A stretch of DNA of 59,071 nt, the filler included, from Acidimicrobiia bacterium (lineage in GTDB: Bacteria; Actinomycetota; Acidimicrobiia; Spongiisociales; JAHEDJ01), in the NCBI GenBank assembly GCA_029210695.1. It is 15 parts of 15 records of this genome, joined end to end, with 100 filler letters (N's around TTAATTAATTAA, not from the genome) between each part and the next. Parts side by side here need not be neighbours in the genome. Positions count along the whole stretch, not along the records: positions 25,065 to 56,773 come from JARGFH010000045.1; positions 56,874 to 59,071 come from JARGFH010000005.1; 13 more parts are not named here. One strand, given 5' to 3'. The notes under the pieces were generated by a model that searched no databases, was not told the DNA's origin, and saw nothing but the letters and a program-made list of their open reading frames with translations. Positions 50,767 through 59,071 of the stretch are shown piece by piece (the stretch's first letter is position 1; every line of letters begins with the position of its first letter). Made by a program: the position numbers and the translations under genes.

Positions 50767-51841
50767 CAAGACCGAGTACGGCACGTACCGGGTCCGCTTC
50801 CGCACCCCAGACGGTCATTCCCGATCCAAGACCTTCAAACGGCGAGTAGACGCCGACGCCTTCGCCGCCACAGTCGAGACCTCGAAGCTCTTCGGCACGT
50901 ACACCGACCCGTCGCTCGGCAAGACCCGGTTCGGCGAGTGGGCGCCACATGTCCAAGCTTCTCGGATCAACCTGGCTCCCTCTACGCGCGCTCGGGACGA
51001 TACCTACTTCCGGAGCTTCATCCTCCCGTACTTCGCCGACGAATCGTTGTCGAAGGTGAACCCGCTGCATGTCCAAGGCTGGGTGAGCGCGCTGCTCGCC
51101 AAGGACTACGCCCCAGCCACCATCCGCAAGGCGTACCAGCTGCTGAGCGCCGTGTTCGATGCGGCCGTCACTTCTGACCTGATCGCCCGCTCCCCGTGCC
51201 GAGGGATCAAGTTGCCGAAGGACTCCCGAGAGGAGATGCGGTTCCTCTCGCCGGATGAGATCGAGAAGCTAGCCGACGCCATCGACCCGCGCTACCGAAC
51301 GCTCGTTCTCACCGGTGCCTACACCGGCCTTCGGCCTGGCGAGCTGCTCGGTCTGAAGGTGAGCCGGCTCAACATGCTCAGACGCCAGGTACAAGTCGTC
51401 GAGACACTCACCGAAGTGAAGGGGCAGGTCCGGCTGGGCCCTCCGAAGTCGAAGGCCTCCCGTCGGACCGTGACGATGCCGGCATTCCTCGTCGAGGAGT
51501 TCGCCCAGCACCTTGCACAGTATCGGGATCCCGACGACTGGGTCTTCTCATCGCCGCAGGGCGGACCTGTTCGCCGAACGAACTTCCGCCGCCGGTTCTG
51601 GCTGCCAGCGGTGCGGGCATCCGTCGGCGAGCCGCTCCGTTTCCACGACCTCCGCCATAGCCATGCAGCCCTCCTCATCGCGCAAGGTGTTCATCCGAAA
51701 GTCCTCCAGGATCGCCTTGGTCATGCTTCAATCACAACGACTCTCGACACATACGGGCACCTGATGACGGGGTTAGATGAGGCCGCGGCAGACGCTCTGG
51801 ACGCGTCACGACGCGAGTCACCCACAAGAAACACGCGGTGA
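50753..51841 (+). CDS. Tyrosine integrase
   Basis: YTGLRPGEL, FHDLRHSH, LGHASITTTLDTYGH; clearly related to 32388-33536. Confidence 0.95.
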   Translation: MSSVDKTEYGTYRVRFRTPDGHSRSKTFKRRVDADAFAATVETSKLFGTYTDPSLGKTRFGEWAPHVQASRINLAPSTRARDDTYFRSFILPYFADESLSKVNPLHVQGWVSALLAKDYAPATIRKAYQLLSAVFDAAVTSDLIARSPCRGIKLPKDSREEMRFLSPDEIEKLADAIDPRYRTLVLTGAYTGLRPGELLGLKVSRLNMLRRQVQVVETLTEVKGQVRLGPPKSKASRRTVTMPAFLVEEFAQHLAQYRDPDDWVFSSPQGGPVRRTNFRRRFWLPAVRASVGEPLRFHDLRHSHAALLIAQGVHPKVLQDRLGHASITTTLDTYGHLMTGLDEAAADALDASRRESPTRNTR

Positions 51842-52237
51842 GCCTGACGCCAATTCCCTTGTGGAGTACTTCAGTCGTCCTCCCATGGCAACAAGCCCTC
51901 TGGCCTGCGCTTCGCTAGGAGCTTGGGTACCCACGCCAGCGTTCGGCTCGCAATGAGTGTCCGCGGCACGGGATGACCCATCTCAGCCAACCTGGCTGCT
52001 ACCACCACTGGGATGTCAGCTAGGGGGAGGTGACGTCGGCCGAATGTTCGATATGGCTCCGTATTTGGTGATCGGAGTGCTTCTGTCTCCGCCCGATCCG
52101 GTGAGGGCTTCGTCAGGGCTGGTCTGTGTAGTGCTGAGAAACGGGTAGATCAGATGAAGAACAGGTTTCCCTGGCAGCCCGTGTTAAAGGCGAGCGCGAT
52201 AATGGATGACAATCACACCTCGACGAAACGGCAGTAC

Positions 52238-55200
52238 ATGGACCCATTCAGCCTTTGGCTCCTAGGCAGTGTCGTCGTCCCCGACGCGTACGAGCACGTC
52301 GTGAACGCTCTCAACTCTACGACCGCTGAAGACCGCCTCGCAGAGCGCGTCCGGGTCGATGCCGGCCGGTACCCCAAGCGTGTATTCCGCCGCTGGTACC
52401 GGAGGGAGGAGACCTGGAAGGCCCTCGTCACCGGGGGTCAAGAGTCGTTCGACTCGCTCGTCGACCGGCTTTTCGCGGCGTCCGCCAACCGCCTCGTGGG
52501 CAGAGAGCTTCGTCGCGAACAAGCCGAGGCCATCGTGCGCGCTGCCGTCGCGGGCTTCGTGGGGAGCCTTGATCCATCCGATGCGGTCGCAGTAGCTGAC
52601 CATCGCTCCGCGGAGAGGGATGCCTTGATAGACCAGAACGCAGAGCAGCGCACGATCCGGCTACGCGACCATCTCGACACGCGCTTCGCCTCCGTGGAGA
52701 GGCAACTCGGGGCCGCCGCGGACTTCGACGCGAGGGTAGCCGCGTTGCCAGGACCGGCTCGACCGCTATTCGAAAAGCTTGGATCGACGCATGAGTCCAC
52801 GCTGCTGCTGGATGTCGCTGCAGCGGCCGTCCCACGCGAAGCTCTCGTCCAGCTAACGGCGGACATCCCATCGTGGCTCCGCGATACAAATGCAGCGACG
52901 TTGTTGGCTGCAGCCGAACTCTGTCGCTGCTACCGCGTGCACCTCGGCGCTGGGCGGCTATTCGAACTTGCTGCGGACATTTCAGCGGACCGTGCGTACT
53001 GCTACGCGCGGGCGGCGGTGGAACACGAGACGGTAGGAGACAGCGATCGGGCCAATGAGCTGATTCGGCAGGCAACGGCTCTCAGCACTGCTACGGGCGT
53101 CGAGGCGATCGCTGCAGCACTCGCCGAGGATCCGACGCGCGTGCTCGCCCTGCTTCCTGGCGACGACGCTCTCGCTGAGCCGTACTTCGTGGTGCTACGT
53201 CTCTACGGTCTGCGCGCGACCGGCGCCTTCGATGAGATCATCGGCTTTTTGACGTTGGCTCTCGAGCGCTACCCCGAGTCGCCGGGACTGATGATTGAGC
53301 TGGCTTGGGCATACCTCCGCCGCAGCCAAGCACCGACGACCACCAGTCGGACCGCGGACCGAGAACGGGCACTGGACCTCGGCCTCGAGGCGCGACAGCT
53401 ACGGCGCGAATGGAGGGCTGATGCCGGTGATGCCGCTCGCGTCGCCTGCCAGGCTGGGCTCGTACTGGGGGCGTACGACCGCGTCATTCAGATCGGGATG
53501 GCACCGCCCGACGGAGAGGCGCTGCCAACAGAGGCCTCCAATACGCAGGTGAGGTTGTCGGTGGCTCAAGCAGCGGTTGCTACGGGCAAGACCGATGTCC
53601 TTCGGATCGTCGTCGATCTCGTCCCAGAAGGATTCCACCGGGCGATCATCCAGGCGGAGGTATTGCTACACACCGACGCCGACGCGGATGCTGTGCAGGC
53701 GGCATACGACGCCGTCTGGAATGAAGCCCGCGAGGAGGAGCACCGAGTTCTCTACTGGCTTTCGGGAGCGGCGGCTGGTGTCGACCTTCACGGCGTTGAC
53801 GAGATCAAAGAGCGTGCGGACGATGTGCCGATTCTCGTGGAGGCGCAGCTGCACATCGCCAGGGGTGAGCACGAGGCTGCCGTCACTCTGCTGCGGCGAA
53901 GCCCGCGAACCGAGCACGCAACACGGCTCTTGGTTGGTGCGCTCATTGGGGTCGACGACACCGACGGCGCTGTCGACGAACTCAAGGCTGCCGCGACCCG
54001 GTTCAACGACACGGCTCATCTGGTGCGAGCCGTCGAGGTTCTCGGGCGGGCAAACCGGCTGCATGACGCCGCAGCTCTGGCTCAGGAGGCACTTCAACGT
54101 GTCCCGCGGACACTTGGCGAAGCACGTACCATCCTACATGAGGTTCTAGTCGAACGAGCGGGAGTCGATGCCGCTTGGGGCGAGATGGCCCTTCGTAGCC
54201 GCGCCTGGATCGAGGACCTAGGTCCATCGACTCGAAACCGGTGGCACCTCGCGCTCGCGCTCTATCACGGCGGGGATCCGGGGAGCGCCTGGCGGACTCT
54301 CCAAGATCCGCCGATACTCCATCCCTCAACATCGAACCAGGCACACCTTTGGATTGTGCTAGCCGCGCACGAATCACCGAGTCCAGAGCTCGCTGATGAG
54401 ATCGTTGCGCTTGTCGACATCCATCCGGACGATGACGCGCTCGCCCAAATCGCTGTCGGCGTGTTCTTCGGTCGGGGCGACGGGGTCTGGGGCGAGGTTC
54501 GACCGGATACGGTCAGCCGCTTTCAAGCACTGCTGAGGAGCCACGCCGTCGACTACGGGTCGGATGAAGACGCGGCTGTGTATGTCCTCACGGGCACCGC
54601 GGAGGAAATGCTCGAGAAGCTTAAGCCGTCGCTTGAAGCGAACGCGCGAGCGATCGACGAGATGACAGCCAAGGTTCGCCAGGGTTGGCCCTACGGGCTT
54701 CTAGCAGCCGTGGGGCACCGGCCCTATGCGGCGGCGTTGATTCATCGCGCTGCTGGCTGTCTGCCGATCGCAACGGTGGACCGGGTTCGGGTCGAGGCTG
54801 AAGTCGCAGCCGCTCGCGCGGCTCTGGGCAAGCCCGTCGCGGTCGACGTGAGCACGCTCGTGGTAGGCGGCTACATCCGGGGCTCATGGCCAGACCTGCG
54901 CGGGTCGTTCGCTCGGCTTGACCTGCCCCAGCCAGCGCACGCTGACATCGTCAGCACGGTCGAGGACTTTCGCCGACCCGTGAACGGGACGCTGTACTTC
55001 GATCCATCAGTGCAGGCCGTCCGTGGCGCCGACGCAGATCCGGACATCCAGGCGCGGTTGCTCGAGCATGGAGAGTGGGTTGCGGCACAGGTAGGCGATC
55101 TCATCGTCGTGGACTGGCCGCGGCTCACAGCACTCAGCGAAGCACCCGACGACACGTTTTTGCCTTGGCTGTCCGCTCTCGACATGGCCAAAGCACTCGG

Positions 55201-55888
55201 GCTTCCTCTCTGGTGCGACGACCTCGGCGTGAGGACCCTTGCGGCGAGCGACAACGTACCTGCCTTCGGGACCGCCGCTCTCATTGCGGCGCTTGTTGAG
55301 AGGTCGGCGATCGAACCGGGTGCGGCGCAGGGAGCGCTCCGCTCGTTGCGCGAGGCATACGCAGTCGACCTCCCTCTGGACGCCGATTGGGTTCGTCTAT
55401 CCGCCGCCTCCGACGAGTGGCGACCCGGGCCGAGCGCGTTTTACTTCGCTCGATCCGCTGCCTGGGTGGACTTCGAGAGCGCATACAGGCTCTGGTCCGA
55501 GCTCGCGCAATCGTCTGCAGAAGCGGAGAGCATCCGTGTGGCTGGTTGGGTACATGCAGCGGCGCTCGGGCTCGCTTCTGCAGTGGACGCCGCGAGAGCG
55601 CCGCACGTGCTTGCAGCCATCGCGGCGAAGGGCATCGCCGTAGCAAGTTTCGACCCAGAAGCGATCGCCGCATGTGCAGCGCGGGTGCGCGAGGTTGCGC
55701 ATATCGCAGGTGTCCAGAGTCCTGTGCCGACACTGATGGCAACCTTGCTCGAACACCTCACCGCGGCGGTCGGAGCAGAGGCCGCCGCCCGGCTCGTCAT
55801 GTCGGAGAATCTCGCCGACGAGGATCGGGCCATCGTGCGCGATCTCGTATTCGGGATCACGCCAACCAAGGGACCGCTAGAACCGTAG
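52238..55888 (+). CDS. Large TPR-like helical protein with a C-terminal PIN-like domain
   Basis: ~1200-aa Ala/Leu-rich helical repeats; VAVDVSTL...LPLWCDDLGVR; alternative starts at 52154 and 52202. Confidence 0.7.
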   Translation: MDPFSLWLLGSVVVPDAYEHVVNALNSTTAEDRLAERVRVDAGRYPKRVFRRWYRREETWKALVTGGQESFDSLVDRLFAASANRLVGRELRREQAEAIVRAAVAGFVGSLDPSDAVAVADHRSAERDALIDQNAEQRTIRLRDHLDTRFASVERQLGAAADFDARVAALPGPARPLFEKLGSTHESTLLLDVAAAAVPREALVQLTADIPSWLRDTNAATLLAAAELCRCYRVHLGAGRLFELAADISADRAYCYARAAVEHETVGDSDRANELIRQATALSTATGVEAIAAALAEDPTRVLALLPGDDALAEPYFVVLRLYGLRATGAFDEIIGFLTLALERYPESPGLMIELAWAYLRRSQAPTTTSRTADRERALDLGLEARQLRREWRADAGDAARVACQAGLVLGAYDRVIQIGMAPPDGEALPTEASNTQVRLSVAQAAVATGKTDVLRIVVDLVPEGFHRAIIQAEVLLHTDADADAVQAAYDAVWNEAREEEHRVLYWLSGAAAGVDLHGVDEIKERADDVPILVEAQLHIARGEHEAAVTLLRRSPRTEHATRLLVGALIGVDDTDGAVDELKAAATRFNDTAHLVRAVEVLGRANRLHDAAALAQEALQRVPRTLGEARTILHEVLVERAGVDAAWGEMALRSRAWIEDLGPSTRNRWHLALALYHGGDPGSAWRTLQDPPILHPSTSNQAHLWIVLAAHESPSPELADEIVALVDIHPDDDALAQIAVGVFFGRGDGVWGEVRPDTVSRFQALLRSHAVDYGSDEDAAVYVLTGTAEEMLEKLKPSLEANARAIDEMTAKVRQGWPYGLLAAVGHRPYAAALIHRAAGCLPIATVDRVRVEAEVAAARAALGKPVAVDVSTLVVGGYIRGSWPDLRGSFARLDLPQPAHADIVSTVEDFRRPVNGTLYFDPSVQAVRGADADPDIQARLLEHGEWVAAQVGDLIVVDWPRLTALSEAPDDTFLPWLSALDMAKALGLPLWCDDLGVRTLAASDNVPAFGTAALIAALVERSAIEPGAAQGALRSLREAYAVDLPLDADWVRLSAASDEWRPGPSAFYFARSAAWVDFESAYRLWSELAQSSAEAESIRVAGWVHAAALGLASAVDAARAPHVLAAIAAKGIAVASFDPEAIAACAARVREVAHIAGVQSPVPTLMATLLEHLTAAVGAEAAARLVMSENLADEDRAIVRDLVFGITPTKGPLEP

Positions 55889-56394
55889 GACTGGGAGCAT
55901 CACAGCGCCAGGATGTTGCTCACGGCGCCTGAGCATCACACTCCTCGTTCCCATCGCTCGACGATCTCCCAGGCAACGGCCACTGTCCGTTCTCGATCCG
56001 GGTGACCCGTAGAGGTCGGACGACGGGAACCTCGGCAACGGGCCGAAGACACCAGGCGGTCGGTCCACCGACAGTTCGACGCCATCCGAGGAGCAGCCAC
56101 CTCCCGCATCCCCACGCTGTTTTCGTTGCGAGATCCGTTTCGGGCAGCGCGTATTCCCGCCGGGTTGGAGTCGGCGCGCGCCGCACGGCTCAAGTGAGGC
56201 GCACCAACCTTGCGGCGATCGATCAACCCTCAACGGTTTCGTACACTCCCCCGGTGTTCTGGCCACATCAAGGACATCCAATCCGCGTCGCCCCCGCGAC
56301 GGATTGTGTCAGATCCGTGTCAGATCGGCTGCCGACGCAGGACGACTCGAAGAGGTATGGCAACCAGAGACCCCCGTCTACAAGGGGTTTCGTG

Positions 56395-56469
56395 TGGTGG
56401 GCGCTACTGGGATCGAACCAGTGACCTCTGCCGTGTGAAGGCAGCGCTCTCCCGCTGAGCTAAGCGCCC
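56395..56469 (-). tRNA. tRNA-Val(CAC)
   Basis: GGGCGCTTAGCTCAGCGGGAGAGCGCTGCCTTCACACGGCAGAGGTCACTGGTTCGATCCCAGTAGCGCCCACCA: full cloverleaf with encoded CCA. Confidence 0.97.
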
Positions 56470-56611
56470 CAGCCAATGGGTCGGGCTGTGGCGTGAGATT
56501 GTAGCGATGAGCCAGACCGCCTCGGAATCGACCGAACACCTACCACAGGTCGCGAAAACCATGCATAGACAGATTCGGCAGGTCGTGATTCGATGAGAAA
56601 AGAGGGGGTCG

Positions 56612-56752
56612 ATGTTGAATGCGATGAATCCATTCGATGTCAGCGGCCGGAACCACTGGTCGGCGCTGATGCTCACCGAGATTGTGGCCGCCATGGCGCT
56701 CTTCCTGGCAGTCATTGCCTCGGTATGGTTCATTCTCGGCACGCTGGGCTGA
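56612..56752 (+). CDS. Small single-TM protein (46 aa)
   Basis: AGAGGGGG RBS; MLNAMNPFDVSGRNHWSALMLTEIVAAMALFLAVIASVWFILGTLG. Confidence 0.5.
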   Translation: MLNAMNPFDVSGRNHWSALMLTEIVAAMALFLAVIASVWFILGTLG

Positions 56753-56873
56753 TCGACGACGCGCGCCGCCGTGNNNNNNNNNNNNNNNNNNNNNNNNNNN
56801 NNNNNNNNNNNNNNNNNTTAATTAATTAANNNNNNNNNNNNNNNNNNNNNNNNNNNNNNNNNNNNNNNNNNNN

Positions 56874-57589
56874 GTTAGTAGCAGCCCTGCCAGCCCTTCC
56901 CGGAGGCCGCTCGATGCTGCTGCTTCGACCGTGAAGGCCGGCAGACTGGTGGCTGCAGCCATGGCGAACAGCATGCCTGTCGTGAGGAGCCCCAGGCGTG
57001 TAGAGCCGGTTGTTCCACGGCGGTTCGAGCGATCGATGGTAGGCGTCTTCGAGTGATCGCTCTGAGCTGCTATCGCTACCGCCGAAGCAGCCACGGCGGC
57101 CAGGGCGAACGCCCATCTCCAGCCGACAGTCACTGCCAGAAGCGGCACCGTCAATCCGGCTAGGAGCGCGCCGATGGGTAGCGCTGACTGCTTCAGTCCA
57201 AAGGCCATCCCTTGCTTTCCGTCTTCTACTCCGCGAGCGAGGGTGAGATTGGCGCTCGCCTGGCCGAGGGCGTTGGCGGTGCCGGCGACGATCAGGAACA
57301 CGACGAGCGTGACCGGGCTCCGAGCGAGGCCGGCGGTCCCGGCAGCTGCAACCGCAGCGATCAGAGCGGCGATCCGCATCGAGGAAGCCGGGCCGATTCT
57401 GTCGGCTAGTCGCCCAAGCGGTACCGCCACGAGTGCGCCGCTCCCCCTGAATACCGCTATGAACAATCCGAGCATCGTCAGGCTGAAGCCGAGGTCCCCC
57501 CGCATCTGGATGCTTAGTGCTCCCAGCAGGAAGACGGGGAAAGCGCATACCACAGTTATTGCCAGACTCAAGAAGATCGGTCTTCGCAT
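56874..57589 (-). CDS. MFS transporter, partial
   Basis: GRLADRIG motif A, GMAFGLKQS; cut by the contig end. Confidence 0.9.
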
Positions 57590-57717
57590 GGGAACTCGCC
57601 TTCCTGCGGTAGTCTCATGGAGGGTAGCGCCGGCCAGAGGCGTTGGCCTTGTTATCGTCTAACCTATTGATGTTGTTTTCCATGGGGAGTCGCGAGATTC
57701 AGAAGGTTGAGTTGGCA

Positions 57718-58503
57718 ATGAAGGACGCACAAATGCAGGCCAGTGATCAGGTTCGGGTGCCGAAGATGGCAGAGTTGATCGCGTCCAAGCTCCGTCGCCG
57801 GATTGTCCGTGGTGAACTGGTCGAGGGTGATGCTTTGCCTTCGGAAGCTACGTTGATGGAGCAGTTTGGGGTGTCACGTCCGACGTTACGTGAGGCGTTT
57901 CGCGTGCTGGAATCCGAGGGGTTGGTGACTATCCGGCGAGGGGCCCGCGGTGGGGCTCGTGTGCACGTGCCAGATGGGGAGGGAGCGGCGAGGTATGCGG
58001 GGTTGGTCCTGGAGTATCGGGGTACGACTGTCAAGGACGTGCACGACGCTTTGCTGGTGCTCGAACCGGCCTGCGTGGTGATGCTCGCGACGGAACATAG
58101 TGTTGAGCAACTCGAGGCGTTGAAGGACCATGTGGCACGGGCCGATAATGCGGTCGATGATCTAGACGCGCTCATCCGTATCCAGACCGAGTTCCACACG
58201 CTGGTTGTCGAGTTGGCAGGGAACGAGACCCTGCGGCTGATGTCCTGGATGTTGAGGTACATCGTTGACCGGGCGAACTGGTCAATGTTCGGTCGTGATC
58301 ATGCGACACCGACGAGCATCAACGCGACGCGACAGGGGATGCGGGCTCACGCCCGCATCGTTGAAGCTATTGAGGCCCACGACCCACAACAAGCCGAAGC
58401 GCTGTGGCGGCACCACCTCGCGGCGGCGGGGGAGTATCTGGTCGGTGACCGTGAAACCGCCGGGTCCATTATCGATATTCTGGATTGGTCCTCAAACACA
58501 TGA
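57718..58503 (+). CDS. GntR/FadR-family regulator
   Basis: LPSEATLMEQFGVSRPTLREA..LESEGL; FCD domain. Confidence 0.92.
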   Translation: MKDAQMQASDQVRVPKMAELIASKLRRRIVRGELVEGDALPSEATLMEQFGVSRPTLREAFRVLESEGLVTIRRGARGGARVHVPDGEGAARYAGLVLEYRGTTVKDVHDALLVLEPACVVMLATEHSVEQLEALKDHVARADNAVDDLDALIRIQTEFHTLVVELAGNETLRLMSWMLRYIVDRANWSMFGRDHATPTSINATRQGMRAHARIVEAIEAHDPQQAEALWRHHLAAAGEYLVGDRETAGSIIDILDWSSNT

Positions 58504-58532
58504 TCAAGGATTGGTGTCTGGCCCGAAGGGGC

Positions 58533-58994
58533 TAGACACCCCAGGGTTGTATCTTGTCAAGCGGCGGCTTTGTCTCGTGTTGTCTGGCGGTGGGCCCAGG
58601 CGGTGTTTTCGTTGTAGAGGGTCTGGTGTTTGAGGCAGCCGTGGAGGATGCCGACGAGGCGGTTGCCTAATGCTCGTAGCGCCTGGTGGTGGAGGTCTCC
58701 GGCTTCTCGCCGCTGGTCGTAGAATTGGCGACATCCGGGACTCGCTTGTAGTGAGCAGAAGGCCCATTGGTCGATGGCGTCGTAGAGCCGCCGGTTTCTG
58801 ACATGACGGGCGAACACCGCCTTTTTCTTGCCTGAAGCGACCGTTATGGGCGACGTTCCCGCATAGTTTTTGCGAGACTTGGCGTCGGCATAACGGTTCG
58901 GATCGTCTCCGAATTCGCCGAGCGCCCGGGCGCCGAGCACATCACCGAGTCCTGGGATGGAGAGGTAGATGTCGGCGTCCGGGTGCTGTCTAAA
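58533..58994 (-). pseudogene. IS110-family recombinase 3' part with right end, cut by IS1380
   Basis: YAGTSPITVASGKK, ALRALGNRLVGILHGCL; end TTGACAAGATACAACCCTGGGGTGTCT. Confidence 0.88.
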
Positions 58995-59071
58995 CCTGGA
59001 TCCACCGGTCTGATCGGTGTCTGACGGTTGGGATTGACATAGAAAATGCCTTCTGACCTGGGAGAATGACG
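58995..59071 (+). mobile_element. IS1380-family left end
   Basis: Identical to 24893-24964. Confidence 0.7.

Larger units (their letters stand above)
35432..56442. mobile_element. ~21-kb integrative (probably mobilisable) defence island at tRNA-Val(CAC)
   Basis: 47-bp flanking direct repeats; int, repressor, xis, Replic_Relax and coupling-protein genes; defence cargo. Confidence 0.85.

Noticed and set aside
32124..51841. Prophage
   Set aside because: int, xis and repressor are present but no capsid, terminase, tail or lysis genes
2679..56873. Recurrent N-run + TTAATTAATTAA units that could look like a repeat array
   Set aside because: Artificial contig linkers with six-frame stops; ORFs containing X and any gene adjacency across them are artefacts
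1..59071. CRISPR array or cas genes
   Set aside because: No regularly spaced repeat-spacer array and no cas-like ORF seen

Overview
This window is not one locus. It is 15 contigs of a high-GC actinobacterial (Acidimicrobiia-like) draft genome or MAG, joined by 100-bp N linkers that contain the six-frame stop TTAATTAATTAA. Thirteen small contigs (1-24964) and the last contig (56874-59071) mostly end in IS termini (IS3/IS6110-like, IS5/IS1182-like, IS21, IS110, IS256, IS481, IS630, ISL3, IS1380). They carry a disrupted MOBF relaxase-helicase, bpa, RDD/SpoIIM, a Tad/Flp pilin cluster and several IS-truncated genes. The 31.7-kb contig (25065-56773) is a tandem genomic island at tRNA-Val(CAC). The right element (35432-56442) is bounded by 47-bp tRNA direct repeats. 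It carries int/repressor/xis, a Replic_Relax-coupling protein-M48 mobilisation module, a GmrSD-like nuclease, a two-methyltransferase (NPPF+NPPY) type I RM operon extended by coupled SIR2 and PD-(D/E)xK genes, and a ~1200-aa TPR-PIN protein. The left element carries xis-int, a complete QatABCD defence operon and a MerR-controlled operon. The best candidate for something new is the last gene of that MerR operon: a rhodanese-CBS protein with two in-frame UGA codons at the putative active-site loop (Y-U-HDGL-U-DMS), followed by a bacterial SECIS-like hairpin. This suggests a double-selenocysteine protein that the ORF track splits in two. The second candidate is the type I RM + SIR2 + nuclease operon. 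All family calls come from motif recognition by eye; no database search was run.
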